Assembly (NCBI RefSeq): GCF_009914755.1
Contig: NC_060935.1
Length of the DNA: 64,000 nucleotides
Origin: the human T2T-CHM13v2.0 reference genome, Homo sapiens
Reading direction: 5' to 3' (one strand)
A program made the translations under genes and the position numbers. This document shows, piece after piece, positions 13,094 to 26,540 of this stretch (its first letter is position 1; every line of letters begins with the position of its first letter). The notes beneath the pieces are model-generated. The model worked only from the letters and a program-made list of their open reading frames with translations, was not told the DNA's origin and ran no database searches.

Positions 13094-13586
13094 TACCACA
13101 TATTGTCATTCCTGCACATAATGGTTGGAACTACAGCAGTTTCAGATATTGTTGTTTTTTTTTTAAAGATAAGAAATGACTTATTGTTTAATTTGAATTG
13201 ATTGAGCTGCATTTTTTCTGTTGCTTATAGCCCAAAGTATTCTAACTGATGAATGTCACACATAAAATTATACAAAATTACTTTGAACAGTTCCCTATTT
13301 TATTGTATGGATATGCCATCACTAACTCTGTAAAATTCCCAGTTGCTTGACATTTAGGCTATTTCTTTCTTTTTATTTTTTGCTATAATAAACAACAGTG
13401 ATGTACTTTGACTAATTCAATTTTCAGGCAGTACTTGGTGTGTCTATATAACCTCCACCCTCTGACAATAATTAGTTTCTAAGCCATAAGATTGGTCCCA
13501 CTGAGGCACAGCTTCTTAAATCTGACTGTTTGGTCTGAGATGAAAGCTTGCAGCCTCCAATTATCTCCATTTTTCCCCCTTCCTCC

Positions 13587-13810
13587 AGTATAAAGAGCAT
13601 GGGCTTTAGAAGCAGACAGAAATGGTTAGAAATCCTCTGTCACTTCCTAGCTGCACAGTGTCATCAGTTTCCATTTCCCTGCTCTATAAAATGAGAACAG
13701 AAATACCTACCTTTGTTGTCAGGACTAAATGAGATGATGTATAATAAGCATCCAGTCTGATGCCTGATACACAGTAAGTGCTGAAATGGTCATTATTTTA
13801 TATTTTATTA
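13587..13810 (+). mobile_element. MIR SINE
   Basis: aagagcatgggctttaga...cacttcctagctg...ctataaaatgag...acagtaagtgct. Confidence 0.8.
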
Positions 13811-13924
13811 TTTATCATTTGGAAGAATATGTGTGTGGAATAACACGAATAGGAGCTATTACCCTTAAGAAGTGTCTGTGGACTGCTGTTTGCTTTCTTT
13901 CCAGAGTGGCAAGACTTCTTGCTA

Positions 13925-14480
<556 letters not shown>

Positions 14481-14559
14481 GGCCAGCTGGTTTTTAACGG
14501 ACTTACAGCCCTTTCCTTGGAGGGCTGAGTTGCACACTTCTGCTGGAAAATTAGCCAGA

Positions 14560-14730
14560 GCTAACATTGATTGGGTGCTTAATGATTAGCCCTTCTCATA
14601 ACCCTATGTATTCCATTCCTGCCCTCATTTTACAGATGGGGAAACAGAGACTCAGAGAAGTAGGAGGCTTGATCAAGGTCACTCAGAGGCAGAGCAGACA
14701 CCGATGAGGCAGCCTGGTTCCTGCTTAGTT
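14560..14730 (-). mobile_element. MIR SINE
   Basis: cattttacagatggggaaacagagactcagagaag MIR core. Confidence 0.7.
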
Positions 14731-16174
14731 GCCTTTCCTAGAGGAGGATCCCCCCTGGCCCTCTCCCCAGAGCCTGTCCTCCCTGTGTGGCCAGGAGGAG
14801 AGAGGAGGTCCTGCAGCAGGGACAGCCTTGCCTGTGGGCAGAGCTAACTCTGGCTAAAACTGAGCACTTTCTGCCCACCGGGCCGGGCTCTGAATTACCT
14901 CCTCGCTGCCTGGGCAAGGGCCCGCCACGCCCCTTTCTCCCACTCCCTTCCCTGTCAACTCTCGGTCTCAAGGAAGCTGCTGCTGTCAATCCTATCCCTG
15001 TGCGTTTGGCCACAATGCAAAGGCGCCTCCTGGTGTTTGCATTTGAATAGAGACCCAAGCCCGAAGTCAAACAATGAGGCTCGTGGTGGGAGTGGGAGAG
15101 ATTTGGGGTAGAGCGCATTCTTGCAGCCCCTTCTGCGCCTCCGTGAAGGCAGTTCTCTTCTCCACTTTCTCAGAAGTCTTATTTCTCCACTTGCTGGGGC
15201 TACCCCTGCTCCTGGGGACAGGAAGGGGATTGCGTTTCAGCCAGGGCCCCATCTGCACAGCCTGGGGTCTTCTGGCTTCTTCATCCAGGAGCGCTGTCCA
15301 CTGCCAAGTGGGAAGAAGGCAGCCAGAACTAAAGCTTGCTCCCTGTGATCCCTGTGCCATCACCACCGCTATCTCCTAGGTGGCTTCTAATGACAGCTTT
15401 CACATAGGAACACCTTCTGTGTGCCTGGCAGCTATAGGTACATGGATCACTTTATGTGATAAGGAAATGGGGGCTCTGAGCTACTTAGCTGGTAAACGGC
15501 AGAGCATGGCCTCAAACTTTGGCCTGGCAGGCTCCAAAGTCCCCAGTCCTTCCAGTATACCAAATACCGTCATGATTGTTTTGGAAACAGGGCCCTTGCC
15601 AAAACCAGCCTCAAGTTCCTGGTGCCAGGAGGGCCCCACACCTTTCTGGGCTAGGCAGTGTGTGGGTCCCGCCTCCGGAAGACCAGGCTGGTGATAAAGC
15701 CCCTTTCTAAGGCACCCAAAGGGGGCTTTTTGCTGAGCAGGCAGGTGTGCCATGGTAAGGGCCCACATCCTGTCAGGGATGGGGTATTTCCTGATTCAGG
15801 TGACACAGCTTAAAGAAGGCTGATAATGAACTGCATCTCTATTTATCCAGGCAAACTTGGCCTAGCTGAGGTGTTAACTGGGCCATGGAACAGCTGTAAT
15901 CCTTTTGTTTACATTGAGATGGTTCAGTGAAACTAGTACTGTCTTAAGCTACAACTGCATTTCATCTTCAGGTCTGCTCTCAGGACTGACACAGAGACCA
16001 GCTTTGGGTGGAAATAATCATAACATTCAGAGCTGCAACCTGGGGTGATTCATCTCAGAGTCACCAACAAGATCGCATGCTTTTTGGTTATCATGAGTGG
16101 CTTCAGGGCGCTGGCTGGGCACTGGCAGTTTCCACTAACGAGGACAAATAAGAACAGTAAACAGGTGTTGAGTT

Positions 16175-16480
16175 ATTACTATCCACCAAACACTTAATGT
16201 GTATGAACTTAATTGATCCTTTTAACAACAGCAAAGTAGGTGTCATTATTATCTCTATTTTTTAGGTGAAGAAACTGAGGTACAGAGAGCTTAAGAACCT
16301 TGTGATGGGCTTCAGGACATTGCTGCCCCCAAATATGGCACCTTGATATATTGAATGTTTCAAGCTGAAGGAACTTGAGAAAATGGCAGATGCAGTTAAG
16401 TTCACACAACCCTTAAGTTGCAGAAGAGGGAGTTGAACCCAGGCAGTGTGGTTCCAGAGTCCGGGCATATAATCATTACT
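16175..16480 (-). mobile_element. MIR SINE interrupted by an LTR fragment
   Basis: attattatctctattttt aggtgaagaaactgaggtacagaga core...gaacccaggcagtgtgg. Confidence 0.7.
16301..16395 (+). mobile_element. 5' fragment of a MER31/MER34-type ERV1 LTR
   Basis: tgtgatgggcttcaggacattgctgcccccaaatatggcaccttg; homologous to the reverse copy ending at 35624. Confidence 0.65.
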
Positions 16481-16794
16481 CTGTGTGCAGATAAATAGCA
16501 TAGGCAGAGGTCTGGAGGGACATAGACCAAAGGCTGCATGCTGGCTGTCTACAGGTGATTTCTTTTCTTTTCTATTTATTTGTCTTCCCTTATTTTTGAC
16601 AAGTTTTGAGGGGAGCAAAACGTTAAGATTTACACTAGACAAAAGGACAGGTCGTTAGTGGGTGTGAGTTGCATGGGACAATGTACTGGGCTCCCTCCTG
16701 GGGGTGTCCACAGAAAGCCAGTTTGGAAAGACACTATGACACAGGTGGACAGAAGGCAGACAAAATCACTGATACAAAATGAAGGGTTTGCTTA

Positions 16795-16960
16795 TTAACT
16801 CATTCACGTATTGATTCAATTATTCACTCATTGCTTCAAAAAAGCATGGAGAGCCTACTCTGTTTAAGCATTGTAGTGGGTGCTGGGGATAATTATGTGT
16901 AAGACAAGATCCCTACCTTCTAGGGGTTCATAGTCTGGAGGCGGAGGTGAGGGGAAGCTA
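16795..16960 (-). mobile_element. L2 3' end
   Basis: cattca...gagcctactctg...ggtgctggggata...acaagatccctaccttc. Confidence 0.65.
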
Positions 16961-16970
16961 CTTTCAACTA

Positions 16971-17579
<609 letters not shown>

Positions 17580-17853
17580 TCACCCAGTGGGGAAGGTACT
17601 TCCAGGGAAAGGGAATAGCATAGGAAAAATCACAGTGGTATAAGGCTGACTGGTGCATTTGAAGAACTGTCAATAATTAAGTCCCAGGAGCTAGGACTTA
17701 AATGTAGGTAAGTTATAAGGACAGAGAACCAAAGCAGAGAGTAAGGGGTATATGTGCAGATGGAGCCTAGGGGATAAGGAAGCCTCCTCCTTTTCCTCCT
17801 TCTCTTCTGTTTAATAAGCCCTCCCCCTACTCTTTTGGAAAGGAGTGAAAGGG

Positions 17854-17945
17854 TAGGAAACTACATCTTTAAGCATCTATACATGCCAAGCCCTGTAGCA
17901 TGTATAGGAAACTACATCTTTAAGCACCTATACATACCAAGCCCT
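17854..17945. repeat. Two-copy tandem duplication (41-nt copies, period 51)
   Basis: taggaaactacatctttaagca(t/c)ctatacat(g/a)ccaagccct at 17854-17894 and 17905-17945; 39/41 identical. Confidence 0.92.
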
Positions 17946-18100
17946 TTAATCCTTACTTTGGCACAATTCACCAGCCCCATTTTCCAGGTGAGGAAACTGA
18001 AGCTCAGAATGGTGAAGTGACTTACTCACACAGTCAGTAAGTGGCAGAAAAAAGGTTTGGATTGAAGTGCATCCGATTCCAAAAGCGGCACTCTTTGTAC
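17860..18100 (-). mobile_element. MIR SINE
   Basis: cccattttccaggtgaggaaactgaagctcaga...gtaagtggcag. Confidence 0.75.
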
Positions 18101-19049
18101 TGGGCCAGACAGAACAACTGAAAGTGGAATCACGCTTTTATCTCTGCAAAATGCTTTCATGTACCTAGGCTCATTTGATTCTTACCATGATATTGAGTAG
18201 CAATTGGTCAAGTATCATAATTTCCATTTTTTTCAGTAGGAAAACTGAGTCACACAGAGGTTCATTTTGAGTGATTTGAGAATTTCAGAATTAAATACAT
18301 CCAAAGTACCAACAAGAGGACCCAGCTGAAAAACTATACATGAAATGAAGATCAGCCCTGAGATGGTTTCTCAGTGCAAAGGGGCAGCTGAGGACATGAC
18401 ACATGTGCACATGAGAACCTTGTGTGCATGTGGAGGTTTGCAGCTGGAACAGCCGGAGGGGCCAATCCAAGTGGCTGAGCTAATCCTTTCCTCTGCCTTC
18501 TGCCTGCTTCCCCTGTCACCTTAGGGGCCCCTCCTGAGGGGACATCTGTGAATTCTCCATGGAATCCCTCATTTAGCTCCCAAGACCCAGCGCAAGCCTG
18601 GGTGCAGAATGTTGGTGCAATTTTGACAAGATGCTCACAGAGGTTCAGTGACTAGTTTTAATTAGGCCATCTTTGTTTACGTTTGATGTTTATCAGCTAA
18701 TTGGCATGGCAAGGTGTGAGTCACACAGCTTTCCCCTGGCATGGAATCAGTTGTCAGAGAAAAAGCCAGGAGAACAAATGATCCCAATTATGAGAGAACC
18801 CACCGGGCTAATTATCGTCCCACTAAGGACGGAACCTTCCCCCTCCTGCTGCTCCTGCTACTGCTGTAGCTGCACCAAGTGCCCTGGGATCTCTACACCC
18901 CTTCCTCCAGCCCCAGAAACCCAGAAACCAGGATCTGGGCCCCCAGCTGGCTGCCTGGAGATTTATTCTCTCAAATTCAAAACTTGCATGTTCCTCTAGC
19001 TCAGACACACCAGGGCAACATTCTTCCTTTAGTTCAAGATCATTTTCCT

Positions 19050-19290
19050 CTTTAGCCCCTTCCATAAATGATTGCTCATGTATGTTGGACTTTTCCTGTG
19101 TGCAAGGCACTGTTGGAAATACCTGATAATTATTTTCCCCAATAACGTACAGTCAGGTCGCATTATTATCTCCATTTTACAAATGAGGAAACTGAGTTGT
19201 GCAGATCTTAAATAACTTGTTTGAGGGCAAGCAATAGGGCTGGGATTTGAGTGACATGATCTATCACCATGGCACCTGCTCTTGACCATC
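19050..19290 (-). mobile_element. MIR SINE
   Basis: attattatctccattttacaaatgaggaaactgag core. Confidence 0.7.
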
Positions 19291-19402
19291 AAATGACTCT
19301 TGGATGCTCAGAAAGCCCTAAAAATCAACCAATTAGGATTCTTCAGGTGGATTTCTGGGTCCACTCTCCCTCTAATTATGTAGGTACAATCGCCTTCTAG
19401 AA

Positions 19403-19600
19403 CAGTGCTGTCCAGAACTTTCTGCAATGATAGAAATGTTACACTGTCCTGCCCAATGCAGTAGGCAGCCACTAACCACATGTGAAATGTGGCAAGTGGG
19501 ATGGAGGGACTAAATTTTTCATTTCATTTTATTTTAATTTATCTTAATTTTAATTGAAAGAGTCGCATATGGCTAGCGGTTACCTTGCCGGAAAGTGCAG
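19403..19600 (+). mobile_element. MER3-family hAT-Charlie MITE
   Basis: cagtgctgtccagaactttctgcaatgatagaaatgtt...gccactaaccacatgtg. Confidence 0.75.
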
Positions 19601-20285
19601 TTCTAGCTGGTCAGCCCTTAGTCCTCAAATGCTGCAATTTCCTAATCAGTCCTTTATGTGTGTCTTTTCCTCCCCCTCCTCCTTCTGCAGCTTCCTGGCT
19701 TTCTTGGTGCAGGGCAGGTCTCTTCATTTTCTGCATTCTCTCCTGCCCATTCTCTAAGCCCCCTCCAGGCTGAGGGGCTTGTGCAGAGGAATGCAGTTTG
19801 GCTGCCCTTGAGTTGAATGATGATCGTGGACCTTTGGAATGTCCACAAAGCCTCGCACTCTCGGCCTCCCCTGTCTCTCTCCTTCGCCGGGGTAACAGAT
19901 GGCCCTGGCTTTCACCAGCCGGGCCTGAGCACATTGTCACTCCCAGCTGAAAGTGAAATATTCAGTGGCATTTAAATTAAATAGACTCTAATGCTTCAGT
20001 AATATTAATTACGTTTTCATTCATCCCTGGCCTAATAAATCAATGCGTAAAGAGAGGATGCTCGGGAGGCTGGCAGCCTAGTGGGGCCACTGGTCCTTTG
20101 TGTGAGCCCGCACACAATGCCCCCATTCTTACGGGGCTGCGCTTGCCCCTGCAAACATCTGTGCTCAGCCCCTCTTGAGGAGGAGCCAAAGAGGTAACAT
20201 TTACACTCTGCTCCTCCAATTTGTCCCTGCACCAGGGCCTGAGTCAACGGGAAATGTGAAGGCCACACTGAAAACCACATTCAGA

Positions 20286-20341
20286 GCTGCTGCTGCTGCT
20301 GCTGCTACTACTGTGTGTGTGTGTGTATGTGTGTGTGTATT
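20286..20341. repeat. Compound (GCT)n / (TG)n microsatellite
   Basis: Direct reading. Confidence 0.9.
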
Positions 20342-20554
20342 TGTGCACACATGCGTGCACATGGAGCTGGGGGGTTTGCAAAATTCTGAGGCAGAGATTC
20401 AGTGAATGGAGACAGGAGTCTATTGGTGCTGGGACCTCACTTCTAGCTGCAAGATTGTGTTAGTTCAGCCTTAACCTATGAGAAGAAGGAGAAAAGGAAG
20501 AAAGAAAGGAAAGAAAGAAGAAAGGACAGGAGGAAGGAAGGAATAGGAAGGGGA

Positions 20555-20790
20555 ATAATAACAGCTACCATTGAATGAGTGCTTACTATGTGCCAGGAAC
20601 TGTGCTAAACACTTTTATGAAAATTCTCTTATTTATTCCTTACAACAATTTATAACATAACATAGCAACTATTATTGGCCCATTTTACAGATGAGGAATT
20701 TATCTATAGTTCAGAGAAGTTTGGGAACTTGCCTATGGTTCCAGGCCATGTCTGTTTGATTCCAAAGACAATGTTCTTTACCTCTAAGTT
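20555..20790 (-). mobile_element. MIR SINE
   Basis: gagtgcttactatgtgccagg...cccattttacagatgaggaa. Confidence 0.8.
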
Positions 20791-21319
20791 CTACATCCAT
20801 CAGAAGAAAATACAGAAGAACAGAAGAGATCTCTAAGGCTATGGTTTGTGTAGGGGGCAAGGGGCCAATGTTTGAGAAATTTCCAACATTCCCCTTGGTT
20901 TCTGAGGTTTTTTGCCTGTGGGGAGGTCCATCCCCAACGAGCAATGTCTCCACCCCCGCTCCAGGGCTATACATATGTAAAAGAAGCCAATAAAACAATC
21001 CAAGAGAGCCTGCTCTCCTAAATCTTCAGGGGACAAAACCTCCTACTTGTGATGCTTCAAAGCTGTCCAGAGCTACCAGTTTACCCCCAGAAGTCCCGAC
21101 TCAATGCCTCTGATTGGAAAATAAATAGCTTTGCACATAAAAACCACAGGCCAATTGTTAGCCTAGGAATGGGAAAATGCTGTGTGCATCACTGCGTATC
21201 AGCCCTGGAGCCTCACTCCTCCAGGGAGGCAGCCTCTCCTCTAGGAGATGGCCCAGGAGCTGGGGGTGAAGGCACTTGTAAACATGGGAGTTTCAAAAAT
21301 GATTCCTTAGGAAGATTTT

Positions 21320-21890
21320 TAAAATAGTCAATGTTAAAATCTACAAGAAATCGTGTTTCTTATAGAAAAACTAGAAAATACAAATAAGAAGGAAGGGCAA
21401 ACATCAGCTGAATTCTTCCACCCAGAGTTAACACTTGGTGTTTTTTTCCTCTAGAAAACTCACTCTATCACTACTTGGCAAACATTGGGCCATAAGATTC
21501 AAACTGTTTTGCAACCTGCTTTCCCCCACCATTTACTGTGATCCAAAAGTCTTCCCATGGCATTAAATATGTCTCTCCAACACAGTCTTCTTAATGACAA
21601 GTTTTGCAACTTATAGGTAAAACATGGTTTGGTTATTTAATCAGTCTTCAATTATTGGACATTTGGACAATCAAACCAGAAAGAAAATAGAAACCGGGGT
21701 TGTTTCTATTTTTTTTCCTCCCACAAAGTTTACTATAATGATTTTCCTTGTGGCTAAATGGTAGAGCACGCACATTCCCACTTACTCTCTTAGAATAAAC
21801 AACTGAAAGAGAAATTGCTAAGTCGAAGTGAATATGCATGCATATTTTGAGGGCAGAGACACTGTCTACTATAATTTGTAAAAAATGACT
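21320..21890 (-). mobile_element. Very old L1M(E)-like fragment
   Basis: Degenerate AT-rich L1M 3' motifs (aaattgctaagtcgaagtgaatatgcat). Confidence 0.4.
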
Positions 21891-22109
21891 TGGAAAGCTA
21901 AATCTCAGCTTCAGACCCAATTCCTACCCAATGTAAATATTCCTACTCTCTGATGCTTGAGGCTGGTTTGATTGTACAAAACCAAGTTTGGAACTTTCTG
22001 GTCATCTTGTTGGTAGGTTAGGACTCAGCACTTGCAGCTTCATTGTGAGGGTTCTTGAACCTCAAGGTAGAACTGACATCATTAATGTCCCACAGGAAGC
22101 AACTGAGTA

Positions 22110-22350
22110 GAGTGACCAGCCTGTGATCTCTGGAGTCAGCCTAGATTTAACACCAGCTCTGCTTCTGACTGGCTGTGTGCCCTAAGGGAAATTACCCAGT
22201 CTCTCTGGGTCTCAGTTTCTTCATCTGCAACCTAGTGTGTGATACTTGTATCCATCTTATTTCAGTGAAGATTAAATATATGTAAAACACTTAGCACAGT
22301 GACACGTGGTAAATGTTCAGTAAACATTTGCTACTACGCTGTTATTATGT
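22110..22350 (+). mobile_element. MIR SINE
   Basis: tctggagtcag...ctctctgggtctcagtttcttcatctgcaa...aacacttagcacagtg. Confidence 0.8.
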
Positions 22351-22852
22351 TGACCCACTAATGAGCTATTCAACCAACCTCTTAGTTATTCAAGTCTTGG
22401 TTTTTTCTTGGAGCCATCAGGAGAGACCATGAATTGCACCCTATTTAAATTGGCCTATATCACACAGAAGGTGATTTAATTCAATCTAATACTGATTGAG
22501 GTCCTGGCACGAGTACGGCCCTGTGGTAGCAAGATGAATGTGTCCCCAGGAGCTCATTGGCTAGTGGGAAAGCCAGAAACATGCATCGGTAACTCAGATC
22601 CAAGGCAGCCTGTTGCCAGCGGTGTAATGAGAGGTGCAAATAATGCATGTGGATGGGGCCTCTCCAGTGGCATCAATGGGAGGAGGATTTGAAGTGATGC
22701 TCAGGGAGGTCCAATCACTTGTCCAAAGTCACACAGTTACTAAGATGTGGAGCTAGGATTAGACTGTAGGTCTGTCTGGTTTAAAAAAAAATCATGCTTG
22801 TTTCCTCCATATTAATAAGCAATTCAAGGTCAAAGTCACTCTAGAGCAGACT

Positions 22853-23030
22853 AGGGCTGTCCAGTAGAACTTGCTTCCATGCATATGCTCTATATCTGTG
22901 CTGTTCAATATGGTGACCACTAGCTACACTTGGCTACTGGGCACTTGAAACATGGCTAGTGTGAGTGAGACACTGGATTATTTTAAATTTTATTTAAACA
23001 TGGCTAGTGGCTACTATGTTGGACAGCAAA
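22853..23030 (+). mobile_element. MER3-family hAT-Charlie MITE
   Basis: gggctgtccagtagaact...ccactagctacacttggctactgggcacttgaaa...ttggacagc. Confidence 0.75.
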
Positions 23031-23084
23031 GGTTTAGATGGAGGAACTAATTTAAGAGAAGGGCTAATGTTAAAGATCAAACTA

Positions 23085-23383
23085 TTTTTTTTTTCTTGTT
23101 ATGAGACAGAGTCTCACTCTGTTATCCAGGCTGGAGTGCATTGGTGCCATGTCGGCTCACTGCAACCTCCACTTCCCCTGTTCAAGCAATTCTCCTGCCT
23201 CAGCCTCCTGAGTAGCTGGGACTACAGGTGTGCGCCACCACACCTGGCTAATTTTTGTATTTTTTAGTAGAGACGGGGTTTCACCATATTCGCCAGGCTG
23301 ATTTTGAACTCCTGAACTCGTGATCCTCCCGCCTCAGCTTCCTAAAGTGCTGGGATTACAGGCATTAGCCACTGTGCCCAGCC
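23085..23383 (-). mobile_element. AluS SINE
   Basis: Full reverse Alu; TSD approximately caaact(a/t)ttt. Confidence 0.95.
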
Positions 23384-23467
23384 CAAACTTTTTAATGACA
23401 GGAAAGTGAGAGATTTTAAAAAATAAAAAGTAAAAATAAAGGCAGACTCTAATTTGAAAGGAACTGT

Positions 23468-23470
23468 TAA

Positions 23471-23517
<47 letters not shown>
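23468..23517. repeat. (TAAA)n/(TAA)n microsatellite
   Basis: Direct reading. Confidence 0.9.
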
Positions 23518-23518
<1 letters not shown>

Positions 23519-24394
23519 TTTTCATGGAGGCCAAATATTTTTCCACCCTTGGAGGAACACATGCATTTGGTTGACGTGCTCTGACCATGCCATGTTTGTG
23601 GCTCTTTGTCAAACAGTTTGGGGCCAAGCCAAAGCCCATGGGGAGGGCTCCCTTTGGCAAATGCATTCCCTCTTCTTCTCTGTTTTGTATTTGGCATTAA
23701 ACTGAGTAACTGTCTCATGCTGAAACCACCACACGTATCTAATTCCCATTTTGTTCTCTGTCAGATTCAGGCAGAGAGCTGATAGAATAGCTGACACTTT
23801 CAAGTCAGAGAAAACTTCCTATCTGTACTTCTCAATGGTTGGAGCTGTGCAAAGACACACTAGGCAGCCTTTGTGGGGGGAGGGTGAGTCTCCCATCAGG
23901 AGAAGTGTTCAAGCATGCGTTGAACAATCATGGGTATGTTGTGTCAAGGTTGCAAACGTCAAAAGAGAGAGGAGAGGTAGTTGGAATAAATGACCCTTTA
24001 TGTTATTTCTAGCCTCTAAAGTCAGAGCCTTTACAAAGACTTTTGTACAAATGATTTTGCTCTGTAAAAACCCTTATCTATCTATACCCCATAGCCAAGG
24101 TTAGACTGGTAATTCTCTGAGGTCAAGGCTGTATCATAGTCACTACCGTGTTGTTGAACTAGCCATGGTACTTGGAACATGAGAAGTGTTCAGTAAATAC
24201 TGGTTGTTGTGGTTGAGAGAACACTGGAATCTTAATGTCTTAACCTAAATATTAAATGGTAGTCTTCATTTGTTTTGATGAGAGAGTGGATGCGAAGTAA
24301 ATTCAATGCAAATTTGGGTCTGATCTCCAAAAGGACCAAACAATCATTCCCCCTTGTGTGCTCAGTCCTGTGAGATTAAAAAGGTAGGGCGAGA

Positions 24395-24600
24395 ACTCAC
24401 AATTACACAGTGTCTACCAGGTGCTGAGTACTGTGGTAGGTGCATTTGCATATATATTATAGTATAATTCCCAAGACAACCTTGGAAGAGGAATTACTGT
24501 CCCATTTTATAGATAAGGAAGCTGAGGCTTGACAAGGAATTATTACAAAATCCCATTGATAGTAAGTGGCTGAGGTAACAAACAGTCAACAGCCTTTAGT
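24395..24600 (-). mobile_element. MIR SINE
   Basis: cccattttatagataaggaagctgaggct...gtaagtggc. Confidence 0.7.
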
Positions 24601-24875
24601 TCTACCCTAAACTAATTTATGTAGCAGATGTTACATAGGAGGGATCACTGAAGGTAAGGACATGAGACTGAAGAGACATCTTGGGCAAGGTTATGGACAT
24701 CTTCAACATTGGAGAGGTGAGGAGATGCCTTCTGCCTCTTTGCCAGAGAGACCACCATGTCTTAGTGAATCAGAATGATTTAGGACCATAGTAGATAACA
24801 TCACCTCCTCATCTCACCCCCTTGCCCAAATCCTTACAAGTTCTTATTTGCCAATGGGAACCCCTCAGATTGGCT

Positions 24876-25201
24876 TCTCTTTCTCTCTCTCTCTCTCTCT
24901 TTTTTTTTTTTTTTTTTGAGACAGAATCTCACTCTGTCACCCAGGATTGAGTGCAGTGGCGCGATTTTGGCTCACTGCAACCTCCGCCTCCTGGGTTCAC
25001 GCCATTCTCCTGCCTCAGCCTCCTGAGTAGCTGGGACTACAGGTGCCCGCCACCACACCTGGCTAATTTTTTTTTGTATTTTTAGTAGAGACGGGGTTTC
25101 ACTGTGTTAGCCAGGATGGTCTTGATCTCCTGACTTCATGGTCCGCCCACCTTGGCCTCCCAAAGTGCTGGGGTTACAGGTGTGAGCTGCCGCACCTGGC
25201 C
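24876..25201 (-). mobile_element. AluY/Sc-type SINE with (CT)n/T tail
   Basis: gggttcacgccattctcc and gttagccaggatggt diagnostics; TSD ag(a/g)ttggcttct. Confidence 0.93.
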
Positions 25202-25789
25202 AGGTTGGCTTCTTTACACTTCTAAGGAATTACTTCAAATGCAAGACCTTTTTTTCTCAGTTTCTTTTCATTGGCCAATTTTTAAAGCCCACTGTAGATG
25301 TATTAACCAAGACTCTTTCTGTTACAAGTGGCAGAAATCCAGTTCAAAGAGGTTTAATTACAAAAGTTGTTCATGGTGCTGAATGAGCAAGACTTCATGG
25401 ATGCCTGGATATGGGTGCTCACATGATGGTATTCCAAATATCTCTCAGGTGTCTTTTGGCTCTTCTCTCCTGTTTTGGATCCCTTATCAGGCATGGTCAC
25501 CAGCAGTTCCAGATTTACTTCTTAGTATCTTCAGTAGAAACAGCGAAACTTTCCCCCAGTTGTTCTAACATGGAAAGAAATGAAGCACATGAAACAATGT
25601 TGAAACTATGAGGTTTGCACTGGATCTGATAGATGTCAAGTACTGCTGTGTTTCTCTTGAAATTTTAAACTCTCCGAGGCAGCCCTGAGTGTTCTCTGTG
25701 GCATCTCAGTGTGCTTCATCATACAGTTTGGGATCCAGTGTTGTTGGGTCACTGTCTCCCCTTGCCTGACCTGCTGCTGCTCTCTGTCC

Positions 25790-26030
25790 TAATTCCTGGC
25801 CTCAGCCCTTCCTGTTTGTAGAGTAGTATTTTGAATCTCATCCTCGATTTTTATTAATGAATCACCTTAAGCAGGTTACTTGTTCTTTCCACACCTGACT
25901 TTCCTCATTGGTAAATGGTGATTGTACTATCCACCTTGGAGGGCCATTGTGAGAATTAAATGATATTCTCTGTTTAATATGCTGAGTGAAGTTCCCCAAA
26001 CACAATCAGTATTCAAAGTTGCAGCTATTA
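25790..26030 (+). mobile_element. MIR SINE
   Basis: ctttcctcattggtaaatgg...ttgtgagaattaaatga. Confidence 0.6.
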
Positions 26031-26081
26031 TTCTCCTTGTCTTTCTTCTACATATTGTTATTACTATCACTACTTGGAGCA

Positions 26082-26540
26082 GCTATATTAGTTGGCATTA
26101 GGCTTATCTGTGAATGGCAGTAAACCCCACACAAGTAGCTTAAAGACAATTGGAGGTTTATTTCTCTCACATGCAAATATCCAGGAAGGTGGTCCAAGGC
26201 TGGTGTGATGTTACCTAGTGTCAGGAGTCCAGGCTCTTTCTGTCTTATTTATCTGTGGTTCATAGGTCCATTTTCAAGGCCACCTCATGGCCCAAGTGGG
26301 CTGCTCTAGATCCAGCTCTTATGCCCCCCTTCCAGCCAGAAGGAACAAAGAAAGGGGAGGAGAAGTTCACACTCCCTCTCTTCCTGGAAGGTGCACACCC
26401 CAAGCCTATACAACTCTCATTGCCAGAGCTTGTCACACCTAGCCGCAAGGGAAATGGAGAAATGTAGTGTTATTCTGAGTGGCCACGGTGCGCAGCTCAA
26501 CGTTTTATTACTATGGAGGAAGAGTAGGCTCTGCCACTGC
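26082..26540 (-). mobile_element. Old MLT1 (I/J-like) MaLR LTR
   Basis: tatattagtt...tttatttctctcacat...tcaaggccacctcatgg...cctagccgcaagggaa...gaaatgtagt. Confidence 0.65.

Noticed and set aside
15696-15730. aaagccccttt...aaagggggctttt stem followed by Ts, resembling a bacterial terminator
   Set aside because: Short imperfect stem in primate DNA; intrinsic terminators do not apply and chance occurrence is likely
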